Shown here piece after piece: positions 1 to 9,176 of a DNA stretch of 64,000 nt. The notes below the pieces were generated by a model. That model was not told where the DNA came from and made no database searches. It saw only the letters and a list, made by a program, of their open reading frames with translations. The stretch covers positions 62,001 to 126,000 of the IMG/VR virus record IMGVR_UViG_3300043570_001980. One strand, written 5' to 3'. Position 1 is the first letter of the stretch; the number at the start of each line of letters is the position of its first letter. Made by a program: the position numbers and the translations under genes.

Positions 1-1
1 A

Positions 2-391
2 TTTGCTGGCACTGAGTTTGCTATTATTCCTATTGCAGTGGCCAAAGCTCTAGTTGATGCAGGCAAGGTAAAACCCATTGGATTTACAGGCACACGTCGG
101 ATGGCACAATTTCCTGATGTCCCATTGTTAAACACAGTAGCGCCTGGTATCAATGTGTATGCGGCCTGGTCAATACAATTGCCGCCTGGCACAGACAAGG
201 ACATTGTTGCATGGTATCAACAGCAATTCAGCAAGGCTATTCGTTCAGCAGAATACAAAGAGTACACGGATGCCAATGTTATTTTCTATGCTGAAGATGA
301 GTTGACTCCTGTCGGGCTTCGAAAGCAAATGGACGAATTACGTGCGGCATTTATTCCTGTGTTGAGTCGAATTGATTTAAGTAAAGAATGA
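2..391 (+). CDS. Tripartite tricarboxylate transporter substrate-binding protein (Bug/TctC family), C-terminal part; 5' end lies outside the window
   Basis: Frame is open from base 2. GKVKPIGFTGTRRMAQFPDVP and the closing helix match the Bug/TctC C-terminal pattern. Confidence 0.75.
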   Translation, partial: FAGTEFAIIPIAVAKALVDAGKVKPIGFTGTRRMAQFPDVPLLNTVAPGINVYAAWSIQLPPGTDKDIVAWYQQQFSKAIRSAEYKEYTDANVIFYAEDELTPVGLRKQMDELRAAFIPVLSRIDLSKE

Positions 392-1020
392 AATACATAT
401 TCGTAGCCGGTGCTCCAGGCTCAAAATGGAGTAGCGTAGTTAAAAACATCTACTACAGCGCAGACATTGATCGTAGCGACTATAGAGATGAGTGGACTTA
501 TTATCACGACGCTGGCGATACTGGGGTTAAAGAACTAATGCATTTGGGTGCATACTTTGACCCCGGCATGATCTCTCCATTGCCCGAAGATTTAACCGCA
601 TTGAATCGAGAACAACTGGAAAAAATATTTGCAGAACCCTTTCAATTCAAAGAATCCAAAGGTACACGAATTATCAAAAGCCATGTGTTTTCCAATCATA
701 TTGAACATTTGCGAGAATTATTCCCTGAAACGCCTGTTGTAATTGTACATCGTGGCGATGATTCATGTCTGGGCTGGTGGGTCAAGTGTGGGCATTTTGA
801 CATCACTTACCCTGACTATCACGAGTATTTCAAAGACTTAAAACACATGGCTCGGATTATCAAAAGTCAAAATCGAGACATCCTGAAAGCCTGGTGGAAG
901 TACACTGGTAAAATAGTGTCAGACAATGTTCAATTGGCACAAGCACTAAACATTGAACTCCCGCCTGTGGAATATTCTCAAGACTATGCAACATCAGACG
1001 TAAGGGTAAAAGTAATATGA
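388..1020 (+). CDS. Hypothetical protein, P-loop/sulfotransferase-like
   Basis: N-terminal YIFVAGAPGSKWSS loop, later IIKSH and IVHR motifs. ATGA overlap with upstream gene. Confidence 0.45.
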   Translation: MKYIFVAGAPGSKWSSVVKNIYYSADIDRSDYRDEWTYYHDAGDTGVKELMHLGAYFDPGMISPLPEDLTALNREQLEKIFAEPFQFKESKGTRIIKSHVFSNHIEHLRELFPETPVVIVHRGDDSCLGWWVKCGHFDITYPDYHEYFKDLKHMARIIKSQNRDILKAWWKYTGKIVSDNVQLAQALNIELPPVEYSQDYATSDVRVKVI

Positions 1021-1679
1021 TAACAGAAGAATTCAAAAGCAGTTGGGATTACACAAAGAGTTATAGCACATATCATTTTGACAGCGTCAAAATAGATCGA
1101 TTCAAAGATGTAATCACCCATCTAGGACATATCGAACCCACATGGACAGCAGACATAGCAGACATTGTGGCCAACTCTAATCCAGCAACCTGGGAAACTC
1201 GCGGCTACAAAGGTGAAGGTGTTCCTCCTCCGCGTGAAGATTTGTTAGCAGAAGAATACGACATTGAACGTGTGGGTGCAGATCCCAAAATGATCATTAC
1301 TCACATTAACTGGCGTATTCCCGCTTCGTTGCAAGCAATTACCGCGGCATTTGGCCTTGATGATTGCATGGAACGCATACATGTACAACAACCTGGAGAA
1401 GTGTGGAACTTACACATAGACAAACTGCAGAAATGGTGCCCAGAAGATCCGTCAAAGATAGGACGTTATTTTGTACAATTAACAGACTGGCAACCAGGAC
1501 AGTTTTGGGAATATGGGAACTATCACTGGAATCAATGGCAGGCCGGCGATGTATCAACATTCGACTGGGTTAACATACCGCACTCCACAGCCAATGCAGG
1601 TCACCATCCTAGAGTGACATTTCAGTTGACTGGTGTTATCACAGATAAGACTCGCAATTTCTTATCCTCACTACAATGA
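1017..1679 (+). CDS. Cupin / 2OG-Fe(II) oxygenase-like protein
   Basis: HxD (LHID) followed by a distal His (PHSTANAG) in a beta-rich core. Resembles 44694..45233. Confidence 0.55.
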   Translation: MITEEFKSSWDYTKSYSTYHFDSVKIDRFKDVITHLGHIEPTWTADIADIVANSNPATWETRGYKGEGVPPPREDLLAEEYDIERVGADPKMIITHINWRIPASLQAITAAFGLDDCMERIHVQQPGEVWNLHIDKLQKWCPEDPSKIGRYFVQLTDWQPGQFWEYGNYHWNQWQAGDVSTFDWVNIPHSTANAGHHPRVTFQLTGVITDKTRNFLSSLQ

Positions 1680-1885
1680 GCACAGACACATCAACAAGAA
1701 GTTTAGTCAAGACAATTAGTTGGCGTATAACTGGTAGCGGTGCAACTTTTGCAATATCTTATTTGGTGCTAGGTGATTTTTCTGTTGCTGGCACAATTGC
1801 AATAACTCAAGTCACACTGAATACCATATTGTATTACGTACACGAAAGAATTTGGAACAAGATTGCATGGCAAAAACACTTTTAA
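1676..1885 (+). CDS. DUF2061-like small membrane protein
   Basis: RSLVKTISWR...YYVHERIWNKI signature with a hydrophobic middle. Confidence 0.75.
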   Translation: MSTDTSTRSLVKTISWRITGSGATFAISYLVLGDFSVAGTIAITQVTLNTILYYVHERIWNKIAWQKHF

Positions 1886-2496
1886 TATTAACAGGGCCGC
1901 AGGGATCCGGTAATCATTTATGGTCAAAAATCTTTGCACTACATCCCGATGTGTATGCCTGGCATGCCTTGTTACATGAATACTGGATAGGACATGATCA
2001 AGAACCCTTTGCTGAGTACTGGGAAGATCCTGATCGGCTAAAGGAATTCAACTGGGGCAACTGCGAGTACTTTGTGACCAGCGTAAGCACACCATACATG
2101 ATGAACGGTGAGCGCACCGTGCCCAACATTGTGCGTTTTGCTGCCACTGCCATGGGTCTGGGCATTCGTGTAAAGATTGCTATCATTGGTCGTGACCGTA
2201 ACATATTAAACTATCAAGAAACTCGTGTGCGAGGTGAACCCACATATGATATAGCACTAGCAGAATATGAAAAATTAACAACATGGAATCCTGTATTCCT
2301 AAGTTACGAGTTACTTCATCTTTATAGAGAAAATTATTTGCTTCAAATTTCAAAACAATTAGAATTCCCTATAGAGTTTGATCATCCACAATTGAAATAT
2401 GTTCTGCAGGATGATACCAACAGTAAATACTTTCAACCTGTGGAACATCATGCCACAGATGATCTAGCACAACACTCTTCAAGGAAATGGAAATGA
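1867..2496 (+). CDS. P-loop / sulfotransferase-like protein
   Basis: LLILTGPQGSGNHLWSK N-terminal loop. Start moved to ATG 1867. Confidence 0.5.
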   Translation: MAKTLLILTGPQGSGNHLWSKIFALHPDVYAWHALLHEYWIGHDQEPFAEYWEDPDRLKEFNWGNCEYFVTSVSTPYMMNGERTVPNIVRFAATAMGLGIRVKIAIIGRDRNILNYQETRVRGEPTYDIALAEYEKLTTWNPVFLSYELLHLYRENYLLQISKQLEFPIEFDHPQLKYVLQDDTNSKYFQPVEHHATDDLAQHSSRKWK

Positions 2497-2515
2497 ATAT
2501 GCACGGAAAAACTTA

Positions 2516-2845
2516 ATGTTACCATATTTGCGAGAAGACATTGGTAACTTGTACAAAAAAATTATAGTAGTTGGATTATACAATTCTGCATCTTTTTCAA
2601 AAAAAGAAAGAGACTATATTTTTTCTTATGTAAGTAAAAAGAATAATTGCGATCAATGTTATATTGACCATTTACCCTTTGAATTTAACATCAACACATT
2701 TGATAGTAATATAATTAACCTAGTTGATAAATTGATTAGCGATTCGGCATATTATGACAATACCGTAGATCCACAATTGTTACTACAGATAAAATGTATT
2801 ATTGCATTTACTCATTTTGCAAATGCAATGAACAACTTAAGATAA
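2516..2845 (+). CDS. Hypothetical protein with CxxCxxxH (CMD/AhpD-like motif)
   Basis: CDQCYIDH. Very AT-rich ORF. Confidence 0.35.
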   Translation: MLPYLREDIGNLYKKIIVVGLYNSASFSKKERDYIFSYVSKKNNCDQCYIDHLPFEFNINTFDSNIINLVDKLISDSAYYDNTVDPQLLLQIKCIIAFTHFANAMNNLR

Positions 2846-2857
2846 TAGGAAATAAAA

Positions 2858-3652
2858 ATGACACAACGTATTTTAATCATGGGCCTGCCCGGCGCAGGCA
2901 AGACTTATTTGGCTCAACACATTGTTGACCATTTGCAAGCAGATAAAAAACGTGTGGGTTGGTTAAACGCCGACGATGTGCGTAAAAAATACAATGACTG
3001 GGATTTCAGTGATGCTGGACGTATTCGTCAGAGTTTACGTATGCGTGAACTAGCAGATTCTATGACAGATGTAGATTATGTTATCTGTGATTTTGTTGCA
3101 CCATTGGTTGAAATGCGCAACAACTTTAAGGCAGACTGGACAGTTTGGGTTGACACAATCGATAAAGGTCGTTACGAAGATACAAACAAAGCCTTTATTG
3201 CTCCAGAAGTATATGACTTCCGTATTATTGAACAGCATGGCGAGAAATGGGGTGAGTTTGTAGCCGCACACATATTAGATAATAGACGTCGTCCTACATT
3301 TGATTGGCAAAAAGAAACTGTGCAAATGCTAGGCCGTTGGCAACCGTGGCATGCAGGCCATCGTGCGTTGTTCGAACGTGCTATTGCTAAAACTGGGCAA
3401 GTTGTAATTCAGATACGTGATTGTCAAGGTTGGCAAGGATCCAATCCTTTTGCTATAGAACAAGTCAAGTCATTTATTCGACGTGATTTAGATATGTTAT
3501 ATCAGGGTCAATATGAAATACAAATTGTCCCAAACATTGTAAACATTACATATGGTCGCGATGTTGGCTATAAAATTGAACAAGAGTCATTTGATTCATC
3601 AGTAACTGATATCAGCGCAACTAAAATTCGTAAGAGCATGGGACTTGAGTGA
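2858..3652 (+). CDS. Adenylylsulfate-kinase-like domain fused to an HxGH nucleotidyltransferase domain
   Basis: GLPGAGKT P-loop and WLNADDVRK (CysC-like), then C-terminal GRWQPWHAGH. Confidence 0.75.
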   Translation: MTQRILIMGLPGAGKTYLAQHIVDHLQADKKRVGWLNADDVRKKYNDWDFSDAGRIRQSLRMRELADSMTDVDYVICDFVAPLVEMRNNFKADWTVWVDTIDKGRYEDTNKAFIAPEVYDFRIIEQHGEKWGEFVAAHILDNRRRPTFDWQKETVQMLGRWQPWHAGHRALFERAIAKTGQVVIQIRDCQGWQGSNPFAIEQVKSFIRRDLDMLYQGQYEIQIVPNIVNITYGRDVGYKIEQESFDSSVTDISATKIRKSMGLE

Positions 3653-4494
3653 TTCTGCCTGATTTTATTTTACCTAGTAGGATAAATCAACGTTGGGAAT
3701 ACAGCGGCATTGACAGCGTTAACTCTGCGCTAGATAGAGATCATTTTACTAGATACAAATTTACAGTAGATTACAAATACAACAGTCGAGGCTTCAGAGA
3801 TTCTGAATGGCCTGTGGATCTAAAAAAGTCAATTTGGTGTATTGGTGATAGCTTTACTGTGGGCATTGGAAGTCCGTTATCTCACACTTGGCCAAATATA
3901 CTACAGTCACAGTTAAAACAACGAACTATAAATGTAAGCATGGACGGTGGTAGTAATCCATGGATTAAAAGAAAAGCATTAACAGTTATTCAAGAAATTG
4001 TTCCTGAAACGGTAATCATACATTGGAGTTATCTACATCGTAGAGAAAATAGTTATCAAACAGTATTGAATAAAAAGTGGAGAGACTTTTACAACAATGT
4101 TAAAGATTCTTCTTGGCCCGCATGTCCCAACATCAACCACATGGATACCTTACCTAAATTTATATCTGACGAATTAAAAACATGTGATCAATCTTGGACA
4201 AATGTCAGTGATGAGGATCTGAAACTGCATTTTACTAGAAGCACAGATGAGGCAGACATAGCATTGACCATTGATTGTATTAACAAGATTGAAGAAAACA
4301 AAGGCAACTGTAACATAATTCACAGCGTTATTCCTAATTTTTCTGCGCCTGGTTTTAAATCAATGTTTCGCGAGCAATTACCTGATGTACAATTTATTCC
4401 TGAATTTGAAAAATTAGATCTTGCTAGAGACGGCTATCATTATGATATCAAAACTGCCGCTGCCTTTGTGGACAAGATTACAGATTTACTTTAA
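3649..4494 (+). CDS. SGNH/GDSL-like hypothetical protein
   Basis: YKYNSRGFRD, IGDSFTVG, C-terminal DGYHY. Confidence 0.55.
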   Translation: MILPDFILPSRINQRWEYSGIDSVNSALDRDHFTRYKFTVDYKYNSRGFRDSEWPVDLKKSIWCIGDSFTVGIGSPLSHTWPNILQSQLKQRTINVSMDGGSNPWIKRKALTVIQEIVPETVIIHWSYLHRRENSYQTVLNKKWRDFYNNVKDSSWPACPNINHMDTLPKFISDELKTCDQSWTNVSDEDLKLHFTRSTDEADIALTIDCINKIEENKGNCNIIHSVIPNFSAPGFKSMFREQLPDVQFIPEFEKLDLARDGYHYDIKTAAAFVDKITDLL

Positions 4495-5619
4495 CAAAGC
4501 TGTGGCATGCCAGGTTTTGATTTCTTCTTTTATTGTTGATTGAATATCTTCATCAGAGTACTGAATACCCTTGCCTGTGGCTTCTGACCATTTATTGTAA
4601 ACATCAACACACTGAGAAAAATTATTAATTAATAACTTCTTTTCCAGCATTGTCTGCAGTTTTATTGGTACAGGCGTGACCAACACTTTATTTTCTACCA
4701 GTTCGTTGATGGCATTGTGTGCTTTTTGATAACCAGGCCCGTTTTTTATTAAGAAACGTTGATCAATCACGGACAAAGACTTTGGTATCTCTGTTCTTGC
4801 CAGGCTTTGTAGTTGCACATTATCAAAGTTGGATTCTTTTCCGTCATAGGTCAACTGTGGATGGTCAACAGTTGGCAGTTGTGTGCTGATTCCGCTTAGA
4901 TCGCTGATCAAGTAATGACACTTATTCCAGTCAGCAAACTCTAGTTCAAAGATGTCTTTCCAGGACCGTTTATTTGGTTGCTGGCCAAAGATAGACAGCC
5001 CAAGTATGTACTCTTCTAGTCTTGACATATCTTTGTCGTATTTAAAATACGAGTTAACGTCAAAGTGATTGTCTACCCAGGCCAGATACTCAACATACTG
5101 GTCAAGGTATTTTGTTAGTGCCAATGGATCAACGTTGATCTTATTTTTATAAATGTTAGAAAATGCATCAACTTTTTCTTGATGGCTAAACACATTTAAT
5201 TTCTTTGACTCGTTTGATATACACCAGCTCAATCCATGCTCAAACAAATTGTCTCGTTGGGCACTGATGATGTAAAAATTTTGATTTAGATATTCGTAAA
5301 AAGGAACTTGACTAGCAATAGTGTCCTGTCGTTTTTTAATATGATAATGTGCTAGTCTTGTGGTTTTATAATGTTTAACTGAGCCAAGAAGTTCTGTGAT
5401 TTCCCCCAGTGTTTGATAATACCCCCATTTTTGTCGATCTTCAAACTTGCCCAGCACTTCTTGATTAAATGTAGGGCTATAATATTTCATAATGCCGTTG
5501 GTTAATTCATGCAAATTAATCACAGGCTGATCAAATGCGTGTGCATTCATGTAAACTGTGATTAATCTTTGTAGTAGAGTACTGCCAACACGATCGGGCG
5601 TGAGAATCAAAACATTCAT
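4486..5619 (-). CDS. Sulfotransferase-like P-loop protein
   Basis: MNVLILTPDRVGSTLL PSB-loop-like start; start moved to 5619. The only convincing minus-strand gene in the window. Confidence 0.55.
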   Translation of the reverse strand: MNVLILTPDRVGSTLLQRLITVYMNAHAFDQPVINLHELTNGIMKYYSPTFNQEVLGKFEDRQKWGYYQTLGEITELLGSVKHYKTTRLAHYHIKKRQDTIASQVPFYEYLNQNFYIISAQRDNLFEHGLSWCISNESKKLNVFSHQEKVDAFSNIYKNKINVDPLALTKYLDQYVEYLAWVDNHFDVNSYFKYDKDMSRLEEYILGLSIFGQQPNKRSWKDIFELEFADWNKCHYLISDLSGISTQLPTVDHPQLTYDGKESNFDNVQLQSLARTEIPKSLSVIDQRFLIKNGPGYQKAHNAINELVENKVLVTPVPIKLQTMLEKKLLINNFSQCVDVYNKWSEATGKGIQYSDEDIQSTIKEEIKTWHATALLK

Positions 5620-5648
5620 TGTAACATACTTATAAAATTCTGGGATCC

Positions 5649-5655
5649 ATAAATA
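5649..5655 (+). promoter_or_regulatory. T4-like late promoter-like motif ATAAATA
   Basis: Lies 22 nt before the endolysin ATG; the same motif recurs before many late genes. Confidence 0.5.
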
Positions 5656-5676
5656 CTTTTCAAATAGGACAATATT

Positions 5677-6315
5677 ATGAGCTTTGACTTTGAATTTACA
5701 CAGCAACAATTAAATCAAATGGTTCCGGGTAATCCCCATATAGATCACTGGTTCGAAGCAGTGGCAGAAATACTACCCGACTACGACATCAATACTAAAT
5801 CTCGTGTGGCAATGTTTATTGCACAATGCGCACACGAATCAGGCGGGTTTCGAGCCATTAAAGAAAATTTAAATTACAAGGCAGCAAGTTTACGCAAGAT
5901 ATTCCCAAAATATTTTCCCAACGATGAAATAGCCAATCGCTATGCCAGTTTGCCCAACAAGCAAGAAGCCATTGCCAATAGAATATATGCCAGCAGAATG
6001 GGCAATGGCCCAGAAGAATCTGGAGATGGCTATCGCTATTGCGGGCGTGGACTAATTCAGTTGACCGGCAAGTCCAACTATGAAAATTTTGCCATGAGTA
6101 TTGAAACCGCAGTAGAGGATGTTCCTGAATATTTGGCAACCTTTGAAGGTGCAGTACAATCAGCCTGTTGGTTCTGGGAAACCAACAATTTAAATCAGTG
6201 GGCTGACAAAGGTGACGTGCTCACTGCTACCAAACGCATCAACGGTGGAACCATTGGTCTCGACGATCGTATCAAACACTACAATCATGCCCTGCACATA
6301 TTAGGAGAACACTAA
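5677..6315 (+). CDS. Glycoside hydrolase family 19 endolysin
   Basis: FIAQCAHESGGF, YCGRGLIQLTGKSNY and TKRINGGTIGLDDR are GH19 motifs. Confidence 0.92.
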   Translation: MSFDFEFTQQQLNQMVPGNPHIDHWFEAVAEILPDYDINTKSRVAMFIAQCAHESGGFRAIKENLNYKAASLRKIFPKYFPNDEIANRYASLPNKQEAIANRIYASRMGNGPEESGDGYRYCGRGLIQLTGKSNYENFAMSIETAVEDVPEYLATFEGAVQSACWFWETNNLNQWADKGDVLTATKRINGGTIGLDDRIKHYNHALHILGEH

Positions 6316-6316
6316 A

Positions 6317-6796
6317 ATGTGGCAAATTACCTGGATACTTGGATTACTGCCAGAATGGTTTTGGCATGTAATCACTATCGGTGGTGCTGTTGCACTAGTG
6401 GTTGCTATGGCATTGAGTCGTATTCCATTTGTTAGCCAATACAACCTGCTGATTAAACTAGTCGGTATAACAGCTTTGTTACTGGGTGTATGGATGGAAG
6501 GCGGCATTGCCAACGAAGCAAAATGGCAGGCCAAAGTTGCTGACATGGAAGCAAAGTTAGAAGAAGCTAAAAAAGAATCTGTCAAAGTCAACACAGTGGT
6601 AGAAACCAAAGTTGTTACCAAGACTAAAGTTATCAAAGAAAAAGCTGATACTATAATTCAGTATGTTGACAGAGAAAAAGAGATTGTTAAATTTGATACA
6701 ACCTGTCCTATTCCCAAAGAAGCAATTGATGTACACAACGAAGCCGCACGTATGAATCAAGCCATTGAAGAAATGCGTAAAGGAGCCAAGAAATGA
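6317..6796 (+). CDS. Inner-membrane spanin (Rz-like)
   Basis: N-terminal TM helices, then a coiled coil. Directly after the endolysin and overlapping a lipoprotein gene. Confidence 0.65.
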   Translation: MWQITWILGLLPEWFWHVITIGGAVALVVAMALSRIPFVSQYNLLIKLVGITALLLGVWMEGGIANEAKWQAKVADMEAKLEEAKKESVKVNTVVETKVVTKTKVIKEKADTIIQYVDREKEIVKFDTTCPIPKEAIDVHNEAARMNQAIEEMRKGAKK

Positions 6797-7059
6797 AGTA
6801 CACTATTTTAGCATTGATGTTAGCATTAACAGCCTGCTCAACTACTGTACCAGTCAAGCCGGCATTTCCTGTGGCACCACAAATTCTACTAGAGCGTTGC
6901 CCAGACTTGATGCTGATTGATGACGGCAAAAATACCTTGCGTGAAATGTTAAAAGTAGTTATTCAAAACTATGCTACCTATTATCAATGTGCCGAAAAAA
7001 CACACGGATGGCAGGACTGGTACAAGGACCAAAAGAAAATCTACGAGGAAATTAAATGA
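6793..7059 (+). CDS. Outer-membrane lipoprotein spanin (Rz1-like)
   Basis: Lipobox LTAC followed by a Pro-rich segment PVKPAFPVAP...CP. Confidence 0.7.
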   Translation: MKYTILALMLALTACSTTVPVKPAFPVAPQILLERCPDLMLIDDGKNTLREMLKVVIQNYATYYQCAEKTHGWQDWYKDQKKIYEEIK

Positions 7060-7409
7060 AACGCATTTTGCTAGCATTGGCTGTTGTTTCATTAACTGGT
7101 TGTGGTACTATCAAAGAATATTGGCCAAGAGCGCACGATCCTGAAATGTTTGGTGCATTGGTTGACGTAGACATTGCAGTTGAACGTGTTAATTGCAACG
7201 CACCGGACTGGTCCAAAGCCATTGACTTGTCCACTCGGTTGGCACGTTTTAGTGAGTGGCGCGGTGATCCTCAAGCCACAAACCTCAAAGGGCTACAAGC
7301 GCACACAGAGCGCATGAGTCAAGGTGGCAGTCAAGTATTTTGCGATCTTGGCAAGAAAACTGCCGCACAACGTATACAAGCCGCTCGATCGGCCTGGGAA
7401 GGAAGATAA
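7056..7409 (+). CDS. Lipoprotein of unknown function
   Basis: Signal peptide with lipobox LTGC. Confidence 0.6.
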   Translation: MKRILLALAVVSLTGCGTIKEYWPRAHDPEMFGALVDVDIAVERVNCNAPDWSKAIDLSTRLARFSEWRGDPQATNLKGLQAHTERMSQGGSQVFCDLGKKTAAQRIQAARSAWEGR

Positions 7410-7597
7410 TGCATACATTAGAACAAGAAATTCAGGCCATTGTTGAACAATGCCAAATGGGCAACATCTCTGAAGATGAACACAATTATCTTCTTACTGA
7501 GATACGTGACATTCGTGCCGCACAAGAGTGTGCCGGCAACGAAGAATTATTCCGCTATGTTGTTCAAGCCTGCAACATAGCAATGAAATTGATATAA
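7409..7597 (+). CDS. Small hypothetical protein
   Basis: ATG 7409 overlaps the upstream stop; helical and acidic. Confidence 0.5.
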   Translation: MHTLEQEIQAIVEQCQMGNISEDEHNYLLTEIRDIRAAQECAGNEELFRYVVQACNIAMKLI

Positions 7598-7607
7598 AAG
7601 GAAACAA

Positions 7608-8195
7608 ATGAAAAAACTATTAGTTATACTAGCATCACTATTGCTATCAACCCCTGTATTTGCTCAGCCATCCAAAGATGGCATTACAACTTGTACGGGT
7701 GAATACGCACTATGTGCCGCAAGTACTTGCAATCCCACTGGTCGAACAATCACTGGCAACAACGGTGTGGCTTATCCTGAAGTAGAATGCCGGTGTCCCA
7801 TTCTCAACGGCACGTCTATTGCTGATACTTCAGCTGGTAATATGAAGGGTTCATGTGCCGCAACAGATAATAATCATGTTTGGAGTTTGTTTGCACCTAA
7901 AATCTTTTATCCACAAGAGGCTAGTAACTTTAGTCCTCTACCTTGGAAACAAAAAGCTACTATACAAAAATGTGATGCTAGTTTGAATCTTGGCGCACAA
8001 AGTAGCAATTGCTTTAGTTGGAATTGTAAAAAAGGTGCTGATGGTATAGCCGTATGTTCATGTCCTACAGGTCAAGTACCACCAGCAACATCATTCTTAA
8101 CAGAAGCCGGTCAAGGCGACCCGTCAGCTTGTGCTCAGTATCCTGTGAGCTTGCCAATTAAAGCACAAGACCGAGCAGAAGCTAAAGGAAAGTAG
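7608..8195 (+). CDS. Secreted cysteine-rich protein
   Basis: Signal peptide MKKLLVILASLLLSTPVFA, 12 Cys in the mature part, aaggaa SD. Confidence 0.6.
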   Translation: MKKLLVILASLLLSTPVFAQPSKDGITTCTGEYALCAASTCNPTGRTITGNNGVAYPEVECRCPILNGTSIADTSAGNMKGSCAATDNNHVWSLFAPKIFYPQEASNFSPLPWKQKATIQKCDASLNLGAQSSNCFSWNCKKGADGIAVCSCPTGQVPPATSFLTEAGQGDPSACAQYPVSLPIKAQDRAEAKGK

Positions 8196-8205
8196 GAGCT
8201 AGATA

Positions 8206-8778
8206 ATGTCAAAAGAAATCAAAAGCGAAAGCGAAAAGAAAAAAGAAGATTGGATGAATTCCAAATGGCGTCCAATGATGGGTTGGAGTTACATGTTGAC
8301 ATGTATTGCAGATTTTGTCATATTTCCAGTGTTATGGAGTGTATTACAATCTATCAGCAAAGGTCAAGTTAACATTCAGTGGCAACCTATTACCTTGCAA
8401 GGCGCAGGGCTATATCACATTGCCATGGGTGCTGTTCTAGGTATTGCCGCTTATGGTCGTACACAAGAAAAGCTGGGCGGTGCAAACAATGGCGGTATTG
8501 CATTACCACCAAATGTCGGAACAACATATACGCCTCCGCCACCGCCAGGACAGTCCATGCCCGGTGCATTTGGTACACCAACAGCAACAACAGTCACACA
8601 GTCCTGGGGCACGCCCTCCATGAGCGGTGGCTTTGGTACCACAAGTCCTGGGTTTGGAGCAGTACCTCCAATGTCAGGGCCAACCATGGGGTTTGCTGGT
8701 AATTCAGCAACAGGTCAAGTAGTATCAGGGTTTGGCGGCAAAAAAGCACCACCACCACAATTTGACCCAGAAATTTAA
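8206..8778 (+). CDS. Holin-like membrane protein with a Pro/Gly/Thr-rich tail
   Basis: WRPMMGWSY...TM...YHIAMGAVLGIAAYGRTQEK resembles 3TM holin-type proteins. Located in the lysis block. Confidence 0.6.
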   Translation: MSKEIKSESEKKKEDWMNSKWRPMMGWSYMLTCIADFVIFPVLWSVLQSISKGQVNIQWQPITLQGAGLYHIAMGAVLGIAAYGRTQEKLGGANNGGIALPPNVGTTYTPPPPPGQSMPGAFGTPTATTVTQSWGTPSMSGGFGTTSPGFGAVPPMSGPTMGFAGNSATGQVVSGFGGKKAPPPQFDPEI

Positions 8779-8790
8779 AAGGAGTATGTT

Positions 8791-8913
8791 ATGTTAGATA
8801 CATTATTATGGATAGCAGTAGGAGCATTTATTGGATGGAATTTCCCACAGCCGTTTTGGGCAAAGATTATTCAAGAAAAAATTCAAGCTATGTTAGCTAA
8901 GAAAGGAACATAA
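8791..8913 (+). CDS. Small membrane protein (40 aa; not in ORF track)
   Basis: MLDTLLWIAVGAFIGWNFPQPFWAK..., with an aaggag SD upstream. Confidence 0.6.
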   Translation: MLDTLLWIAVGAFIGWNFPQPFWAKIIQEKIQAMLAKKGT

Positions 8914-8915
8914 AA

Positions 8916-9125
8916 ATGAAAAATGTTATATTTGTAGCAGGTCTATGTTTGGTATTATCCGGTCCATCAGTAGCTGGCGGCGAAATTAAAGAAGTTTGTA
9001 CAGACAAAAAAGACAAAGCCGGTAAAGTCATAAATGGCAAGGACGGCAAACCTGTACAAGAATGCAAGAAAATCAAAGTACACAAGAAATTTGAAGGTGA
9101 AAAAGTTCCTGATGGCAAGAAATAA
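8916..9125 (+). CDS. Small secreted basic protein
   Basis: Signal peptide, two Cys, Lys-rich; aaagga SD. Confidence 0.55.
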   Translation: MKNVIFVAGLCLVLSGPSVAGGEIKEVCTDKKDKAGKVINGKDGKPVQECKKIKVHKKFEGEKVPDGKK

Positions 9126-9128
9126 TTA

Positions 9129-9157
9129 TTGACACTCGGTTAACAATCCTGTATAAT
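9129..9157 (+). promoter_or_regulatory. Sigma70 consensus promoter
   Basis: TTGACA(9129)-17 nt-TATAAT(9152), with TG extension. Confidence 0.8.
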
Positions 9158-9176
9158 TAACTGTACAGGATTTTTT

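Noticed and set aside
9145-9172. CIRCE element before dnaJ (also sought before groES)
   Set aside because: The inverted repeat does not match TTAGCACTC-N9-GAGTGCTAA.
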